DNA of 54,590 bases, the filler included, from Squatina squatina (Eukaryota), in NCBI GenBank assembly GCA_031763465.1. It is 3 parts of 3 records of this genome, joined end to end, with 100 filler letters (N's around TTAATTAATTAA, not from the genome) between each part and the next. Parts side by side here need not be neighbours in the genome. Positions count along the whole stretch, not along the records: positions 41,441 to 54,590 come from JARFOE010000115.1; 2 more parts are not named here. One strand, written 5' to 3'. The position numbers and the translations under genes are program-made. Positions 46,701 to 54,590 of this stretch are shown in pieces. The notes beneath the pieces were generated by a model, which had not been told where the DNA came from, searched no databases, and saw nothing but the letters and a program-made list of their open reading frames with translations. How positions within the stretch are numbered: position 1 is the stretch's first letter; each line of letters opens with the position of its first letter.

Positions 46701-47774
46701 GGATATCTCTGTATACATGAAATTGCCTAATAACTGAAATATAATAGAGTATTGTAGTCACTAGTCTTGAATTTTACTTCAGGCAATAGCATTTTTCTTT
46801 GTCATACGTCATAGTGTTTGAAGTTCTTCATGCCTGTGAGGAATGACCCTGGGTAATCGCCCTGGACTTCATGGTTGTTAGAGAGCAAAGACCTCTGAAT
46901 GAGATATTTGTGAAGTCTGGGTACACATGGAATCATCTGCTCATATCATTTGTGCCCCCAGGGATTGATTATATAATTGCTGATTGTTTTGGGACTGGAT
47001 CTGGTGCTCAGACTTTTTAAAAAATACATTGGAGTTTTTGTGATTCTGGAACTATCAGATATTTTGGGACTAGTTGGAATTTATGATAAAAGTGGTAAAA
47101 AAAATTCATCAAGCAAGTAGGTGTCATATGTAAATAGGATAGACAATTGAATAATTCACATTTGTTGACATTCTGCTTGATAAATATGGTGACTTCCAGA
47201 CTTTTCCCTTCTCAGTATCTGGGCAATTGAATGCTAGTATGTTCCAGGCTCATTCCTGATAAAAGTAAATCTCTGCCAAATTCCAATTCACTTCTGACAG
47301 AATAACCACTGGTACAGCCATTCCCCTTATAGAAGGCAAATTTATGGACAACTTTTTTATTCAAACTGCCGCATTGAATATAATAGGATTCCACTGTACT
47401 TACAGATACTCCAAACGTGAAGATGGTAGCTATCTTTAATTATGATTCTCATTGTTACAATAACGTAGTTTGATTAAATACTGTTTGTGTGAGAGAGAGA
47501 TAGAGATCAATCAGGAATTATTGGTTAGACGGAAAGAGAACCTTGTTCTGCAAGGACCCAAGGTGGTTGCAGGCTGCGATTCTTCCATGGTCTTTGCAAT
47601 NNNNNNNNNNNNNNNNNNNNNNNNNNNNNNNNNNNNNNNNNNNNNNNNNNNNNNNNNNNNNNNNNNNNNNNNNNNNNNNNNNNNNNNNNNNNNNNNNNNN
47701 ATTTAATATATTCCCAGATAATCTTCATACCAAAATATTAATATAACTTGTTACTTAATAAAAAAAAACACAAT

Positions 47775-48323
47775 GGTCCTGAAATTACGGTGTTTTGACA
47801 ACATATGCTATTGGAAGCTTTCAGAAAGGCTCCGCAAGCTCCAGGTTTCCACATACACAGAAACCCGGTACTTGCGGTCTGCCAAGTTTCACATTGACAG
47901 ACCCTTCGCACCCGCTGCAAAAAACACTTGGCGCAGAGCTGAGCTGTTTGCCCAACTACTACCCACGAAACCCTTACGCCTAGTACAAGTGCTTAATTAA
48001 AGGGTCTTTTAATTAACTTTGAACATGGGCACATTTATTTTTATTTAAGTGGTGTGAATGCTTATTTATTAGGTGATTTCTATCATGCTTATAGGGACTC
48101 CGTATATAAAGCTTCATAGGAATCCCTCTTTTTGATTGGTTATTGGTTGACCGGGCCCACGTGAACCCAGGGACGTTTGCGAACCGCCTGCGACCCTGGG
48201 ATCCATGGGCCTTTAGCAGGCCTGAAGCCCAGGACCCGCAGTCTCCGAAGTTCCAGAGCCACCAGATACTTTTGTATTTTTTTGGGGGGTCGGAGGCATA
48301 CCTCTGACTGCAAATTCTGGCCC
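47775..48323. mobile_element. Complete MITE-like element with TIRs and a 3-bp TSD (PIF/Harbinger-type)
   Basis: aat|GGTCCTGAAATT ... AAATTCTGGCCC|aat; TIR 9/12 match; AAT on both sides. Confidence 0.65.
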
Positions 48324-50619
48324 AATATATTTTTGAGGCTACATTAGTGACTAACAACTGACAGTTACATTAGTTACCTCCATTTCAGTACAATAAGCAT
48401 TCCTTTCTACCTCTTCCATCCATGCTGGATGGACTACAACATCATATATATATATTGTGTATATATATATAATGAAACACTTAACCAGGAACTATCTGAT
48501 CACTTATAAACAGTCACTCATGGGCTTTAATGAGCAAACCTACATAAACTGGACAGCAACAAAATAAGAGCTCTCGGGTTTAATATTATTGCTACATAAA
48601 CCTATTCATCTTTCAAGTGTACAGAAGCAGAAATCTGGATTTTCTGGCTTATTATGAGTCTATGAACCATTATTTTACAACCACAACATTCCTGAAAACA
48701 TAGAGCTAAATTTATCCTATAAAACCATCCAGATAATTAAATGTGCTAAATGACTATTTTATAGACTATTACATCTATTAAATCTTTCATACCTCTAATT
48801 GTTTGCTTTCCAGAGGTACTGCCAACTGGGGTCATGCATTTCTGTTGCTATTGTCACACTGAAGCAGCACAAAATACTTTTTCAGCTCCTACGCTGGCAT
48901 TAATTTTCTACCATTAAAGCTGCAGTATCCCATATCTAGTGATCTGCATCTCAATTTGAGGTCAGCTTTCTATATACAGAATCAATCAGCCAGGTGGTCT
49001 CTATGTACGCAGACCTTTAGTAAATAGATTAGTGCAAGAGAATGTAAATTATCTCATAATAGGAAAAGTTACTGGGATGAAATAATTAGAAAAATCCAAC
49101 CAAGTGACAATGCACCGTACATGGAAAATAGATTTCTATGGAGGTATTTAACATTTTCACTGATTTTAATATCTGTGGGGCAAGATTTTTTCTGTGTGCT
49201 ATTTGTAGCAAACTTATAAAGAAGAGGTTTACGATTTCGATACACATATCATACAGAACAGCTTCCCTATCAATGTTGAAACAGAGCTTTCAAAGTCCAG
49301 TAACCTTGTGANNNNNNNNNNNNNNNNNNNNNNNNNNNNNNNNNNNNNNNNNNNNNNNNNNNNNNNNNNNNNNNNNNNNNNNNNNNNNNNNNNNNNNNNN
49401 NNNNNNNNNNNTCCCTTGAAATTGCGCCTACTCTGCATACTTCCGCTGCATACTCCATGCGCCAATATTAACGTCCTTACCATAATGGCTTCTGGCGCAG
49501 CCTGCTCCAGAAGAGTGCACGCGCTGCTCGGATGCCATTTTGGACACAAAATGGCACCCGTAATGCCGAAAAACCAGGCGCTATAGGCCGAATTGTGTGG
49601 CCTAGATTACTCTTTTATCTTGGATGACTTTTTGGTGGATATACATTGTATCCACCAATATTTAAGATGCCGTTTTAGATTTTAAAAATATATACAAAAA
49701 TAAATTGACGTTTACAAAAATAAATCTGAAAACAAAATCCTAAATGACCTAAACTCTTAAAATATCTATTTAGAGGACAATACCAAAAATCTGGTGCTGT
49801 TCATTTCTCCAATCATATGCAATCACATTTGGAATTATGAATTTGTAATAATTTATATTTTACAGAAACTGCAAAAAATAAATTATATTCAGTTCACCAA
49901 AGGCCTAGGTTTTAATTGAAATATAATCCATTCTGGTACTAAACAAACTAAAACCATTATATCTGATTCAGAATTTATTGTAGAATTTAACAGTTAATTA
50001 ATCAACCATTTTACTTAAAAATTTACAGGCATTGTAAAAGGCGGCTTCATCAAAAATTATCCAACATAAATCTATTTCTTTATTGCCAAAAGAGGTAAAA
50101 GGATCAAACCCATCTACTGTTTAATCTCATCAAATGCTTTATGGTAAATTATCTGAAAGCTTTATTATTCTCATTTGGGACCTAATAACAGCATTTTTTG
50201 CATTAATAATCACAGCAATCATTGTACCTCAGCAGAAGAAATTCAGGTCTTTAAATTCATTTGAGTCAGAGCTTAGAGCAAGCAGGTGCTCCTGTGCATT
50301 AACAGTATAAATATATGCATGTTGTCAGGAGTACAGTGACAGAAAGCACACTTGTTCAATGTAGCTATTCAGTTGAGAAGACTTCAAGCCTTAGTCGGAA
50401 AATGATTAACATTAAGCATGAGACATTCAAATGTAATTATAGGTTACTCAATGGGTCGCACTCTTATATCTGTTGATGGTGCCCGAGGATTAATATCAGG
50501 CACATGACACTGCAGGCATTGAATAAATTAGCAAATAAATGGTCATTAATGACTTTTTTTGTGTGTCTTTTTAATAAAAATACACTTAATGAAGATTTCT
50601 GTGTGTCATGTCAATGTGA

Positions 50620-50746
50620 GAGGGAGAGAGCTGTCTGTGTGTAATCTCAGTGAGAGAGAGAGAGAGAGAGAGAGCTGTCACTGTGCAATGTCAGTGAGAG
50701 AGAGAGAGAGAGAGTTGTCTGTGTGTAATGTCAGTGGCAGTGAGAG
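50620..50746. repeat. Compound tandem repeat: (GA)n tracts alternating with ctgtctgtgtgtaatgtcagt
   Basis: About 4 units read directly. Confidence 0.8.
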
Positions 50747-50846
50747 NNNNNNNNNNNNNNNNNNNNNNNNNNNNNNNNNNNNNNNNNNNNNNNNNNNNNN
50801 NNNNNNNNNNNNNNNNNNNNNNNNNNNNNNNNNNNNNNNNNNNNNN

Positions 50847-51180
50847 CAATTCCGTGGGCTTCTGCCTTATTTAACAGTCTGTTATGAGGGACTTTATCAA
50901 ATGCATTCTGGAACTCCATATAAATAACATCCCTAGACATTCCCCTGTCCACTACCTAGTCACCTCTTCAAAAAATTCAATCAGATTTGTCACATTTGTT
51001 ACATTTCACAAAACCGTGCTGGCTTTCTCTGATCAACTGGAAATTTTCGAAGCATTCAGTCACCTTATCCTTAATTATAGTCTCTAGTAATTTGCTGACA
51101 ACAGATGTTAGGCTAACTGGTTTATAGTTCCCTGGTTTTCCTCTCTCACCATTTTTAAATAGCGGAGTGATGTGCGCTTT
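50847..51180 (-). mobile_element. CR1 RT fragment
   Basis: DRGMSRDVIYMEFQNAFDKVPHNRLLNKAEAHGI, with upstream PGNYKPVSLTSVV. Confidence 0.88.
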
Positions 51181-51680
51181 GAAGGTGAAGAGTCCTAATA
51201 GTGAACACCAGGGCAGATTTGGGATCTAGTTTTTTTCTCAATATATTTCTTCATATATCTAAATCATCCTAATTGTCCTTGGTTTGAATGTTAAACTTCT
51301 TTTGACCTTATTCCTATTTTCTAACAACTTGCATTTATATCGTACTTTTAGCGTAGCAAGAGCACCTTGTTACTTCACAAAGGATCAATAAGCTAAAATT
51401 GCGATCGCCCTGGGTGGGTTCGATGTTCCCACGCACCCGGGGGGACCTCGCAAGTACCGAATCTGCGGCTGCACTGCGCGTGCCCGCAGAACCGGCACCT
51501 GCAATCTGTCAAGATTTGTCTCGGCAGATCCAACGCTTAGGCTGGAAAGGAGGTTTCCAGAGCGGAGCTTTGCGAGATTTNNNNNNNNNNNNNNNNNNNN
51601 NNNNNNNNNNNNNNNNNNNNNNNNNNNNNNNNNNNNNNNNNNNNNNNNNNNNNNNNNNNNNNNNNNNNNNNNNNNNNNNN

Positions 51681-51740
51681 TCCAGCATTCTTTGTTTAAA
51701 TTTCAGATTCCAGCATCCGTAGTATTTCGCTTTTGTATCC
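51681..51740 (+). mobile_element. Penelope-like terminal fragment
   Basis: tccagcattctttgttt..ttcagattccagcatccgtagtatttcgctttt; recognised from memory. Confidence 0.45.
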
Positions 51741-53164
51741 CCTCAATCAGCCCTTGCTCACTTATGGAGCAAGGAGGCATCCCAGTCAATTAGCAGATCC
51801 GCCAATCTTTTGATATTTTCCCTCCTCTTATTTTACTCCCTTCTGCAGGTTTATGACACGTTTGATGGAGTTTCACCACATGCCAGTCACACTCAGCTAA
51901 CAAACAGAACCCAACAGATTCAGCCTGTGCCACTCGATCAGCGTCCCACTAATTAACACACACAAGCTGAACCTCAGTGCTCAGACTCAGTATTATTGCA
52001 TTTTTAATAGTTCTATGTAAAATCAATTTACCAAAAAAAGAAAAACAACCTTTTTTTTCTTTCTGGTCTAATGGAGTTTGACAATTCCCAGGTCCTCTTT
52101 CCTTTTTCCTTTGTAATAAATGGGATGGCGGTGATTCCTCTTCACATTGACACGATTAAATCTGCAGTTATGTCATCTTGCAGCTGCTAATTTCAATGAT
52201 ATCTCGAATGCACGTCCTATTAACAAAATGTNNNNNNNNNNNNNNNNNNNNNNNNNNNNNNNNNNNNNNNNNNNNNNNNNNNNNNNNNNNNNNNNNNNNN
52301 NNNNNNNNNNNNNNNNNNNNNNNNNNNNNNNTATTCTCTGGTCAGTTCCCTCTCTCTGGAGTGTACACTGTGTCAAATGTTGAGGACTTGCAGACAGCCG
52401 AACAAGTCAGCAAAGTGGAGGTCAATGTAAATATCAGGTAGATAAGCAGCTAGAATCGTGATTTACTAGCAAGGCTGGAGTGATTCTTTCTTCGTGTGCC
52501 AAAGAGAAATGCGCTGCAAGTTGTGTTATCAAAAATAGACTCTGTTAGCTCTTCAAATCTTGTGTGAACACTAAAACTAAAATGTCTGCAGTGCAATTTT
52601 CAATGTTCCGCTTACAGTTAAATGTATCCCCCTTTTGATGGTTAAAGTACAATTTATGCAAGTCCACTTGAAGCAAGTCTTGTCAAGTGAGGTAGCATAG
52701 AGGGTTAGCTAAGGTATTCAAGTAGCAACTAGTCTAAGCATGTTGTGCTAAATAATCAGAAAGCTCGAGTGGTAAATTTAGTGAGGGGCTGTGTAGACTT
52801 AGCCGCATCTTCAGGGCCTGATGTGACTTTCCAATGAGAAATTTCATACCATATGTCCAGGCCTGAGTTTAGGTAAATGTGTAACTGTAATTGAGATTGC
52901 AATTTTTGGGAGTGATAAATAAGACCAGTAATACAGCAATTGTTCCACTGAATTGATTTTTTTTAAGGATTATGTTTTGTTAAATTGAAATGCTTATGTA
53001 TTGATCCTCTAGTCAGAATATATGTCTGCTGATATTAATATTGAGTGTCCCTGATATCATTTTTTTCTGCCCAGAAATCAGCTTAGAATGGACAAAACTT
53101 TAGATAACATCAACTAAAGTTCATAATTTTCAGATCAGTTTTTGAATCTAGTTCATCACTAAGA

Positions 53165-53312
53165 ATCAGTGGGTAACAGTCTCACCTCTGTGCCAGTGAG
53201 TTGTGGGTTCCAGACCCAGTCCAGAGACTTGAGCACATCTNNNNNNNNNNATTCTAGGTTGGTATTCAAATGAACCGAGACCCCGTCTTCCCTCTCAGAT
53301 GGACATAAAAGA
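53165..53312 (+). mobile_element. SacSINE1-like 5' fragment
   Basis: tcagtgggtaacagtctcacctctg..gttgtgggttcc..ccagagacttgagcaca..aaccgagaccccgtc..ctctcagatggacataaaaga. Confidence 0.7.
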
Positions 53313-53316
53313 CCAC

Positions 53317-54120
53317 AATGCCTGACAGCATGGAGGAGACCAGCTCAACTTTTGTTTCCGCAGAGTATGGAGACCATTCTATTTAACATGGAGGGAGTGG
53401 CCAGCAACTGAACATGACAGTGGCACCCACCATGATGGAGACTCTGCTGACATCTTTGACATATTGCTCTAATATTGCTGAAGCTCAGACTGCTGCCACC
53501 TTGGCTCTGGGGGCCAGCATTGACAGGGACATCCAGAGCGTCACATCACTTTTGCACTCTGATCTCACGTAGAGGCCTCGGAGTGCTACGGCTCTTTCCT
53601 GGGAGAGTGGCCACGTATGTCTGCTCCCCCATCACCTACTCTGTCAGTGACCTTGTTAGTTCCACACAGCCAGCTGGACCAGCCTGCGCTGGCCCATGCC
53701 TTGCTGCAGCAGTCTACAGCTGGCCCTCAAGACCCAGAGCTGCTCGAGATTGCCCACCACAGCCATTTGAAATGTTGTCATTGGAAGGTCAGCAGCCTTC
53801 CAACTCCAAAGCTGTAGCCTCTGAAGATGTATTTCAAAGCAGACAAGACAGGCAGTAGAGGGTTGCATCGGGGTGATTCTTGTTAACTATTACACACATA
53901 TGAAACTCGGTTTGGTTTTAGTGTTAATATTTGTAGTTAAGTAAGGGCAGGACCCACAAGGCTAGACTGAAGGAAAGTAATCGGATGGTGGTGTTAAGGC
54001 CGGTGGTGATAAGAATTGTGGGACCAGACAGCTCCTCCAGCTGCTGCACTTCTTGCTGCCCAGGTGGTGGTAAGGGCTCGTGCCTCATGACGGCAAAGTT
54101 ATTGAGTGTGCAGCATACCT
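53317..54120. mobile_element. Harbinger remnant: probable 3' part of the Myb-like ORF (+) converging on the transposase C-terminus (-)
   Basis: Minus 54118-54030 reads VCCTLNNFAVMRHEPLPPPGQQEVQQLEE, like the HARBI1-type CCxLHN motif with an acidic tail. Assignment of the plus-strand part is weaker. Confidence 0.5.
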
Positions 54121-54509
54121 TTGCATATTCCCATAGTTGGGCTAAGTCAATGTTTCTCCAACTCTAAAAGGGTGATTTTAACCCAGACCATCTGGCTAAA
54201 ATCAGGTGGGCATGCTGATCAAATTACCTGTGGGATTTACCCAGTGACGCACGCTATCTTACTGCAGACTACAAGTTTAACCTGCTCTTCTGAGCAGGCA
54301 AGAAAGACACCTACTGGAAACTGGCGGGGTTCTTTTTTAATTATGGAGTGACTCCTGTCAATGAACCGGAAACTACTGGAAGGTCCCAAATTTTAAAAAT
54401 AATGTTCACAACAGACAGAGGTCTGTGTAAATGCCAACTCTTATTTGCTTCTGATGATCAAAATTCATTTATTATTTGTAATATTTTCCATCTTTGCCCA
54501 CATGCAGCA

Positions 54510-54590
54510 ATACCTGGACAACATCCAGGCTTGGGCTGATAAGTGGCAAGTAACATTCGCGCCACAAAAGTGTAAGGCAATGACTATCTC
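54510..54590 (+). mobile_element. CR1-group LINE RT fragment, truncated by the window edge
   Basis: LDNIQAWADKWQVTFAPQKCKAMTI. Confidence 0.8.

Noticed and set aside
52346-52437. Exon-like stretch FPLSGVYTVSNVEDLQTAEQVSKVEVNVNIR
   Set aside because: Weak donor (gtagat), acceptor next to a gap, and no recognised homology.

Overview
Eukaryotic (vertebrate) DNA, most likely a shark or other cartilaginous fish, judged from the repeat content (CR1/L2 LINEs, Deu-domain SacSINE1-like SINEs, Harbinger-type elements) and from exon divergence. It is a very fragmented assembly: ~1-kb contigs joined mostly by exactly 100 N, so distances are collapsed and most exons are missing. Two artificial N44-TTAATTAATTAA-N44 linkers (17823-17922, 41341-41440) split the window into three blocks that are probably unrelated. 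Block 1 (1-17822) has three OSBPL1A exons (+), an unidentified two-exon candidate (-), minisatellites and many TE remnants. Block 2 (17923-41340) has exons of SEZ6L (-, 3 exons), MYO18B (-, 6 exons), CRYBB1 (-, last 2 exons) and CRYBA4 (+, 1 exon). Block 3 (41441-54590) has no recognisable host exon; it is AT-rich non-coding DNA with Harbinger Myb/SANT and transposase remnants, MITEs and CR1 pieces. I find no convincing new biological system. The most notable observations are a bird-type CR1 fragment (probably contamination or a chimera), a SEZ6L-MYO18B-crystallin gene order that mirrors the SEZ6-MYO18A-CRYBA1 paralogon, minisatellites that arose inside SINEs, a Vingi-like LINE, and an unassigned spliced ORF. 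Gene and repeat names come from my recollection of the families, not from searches.
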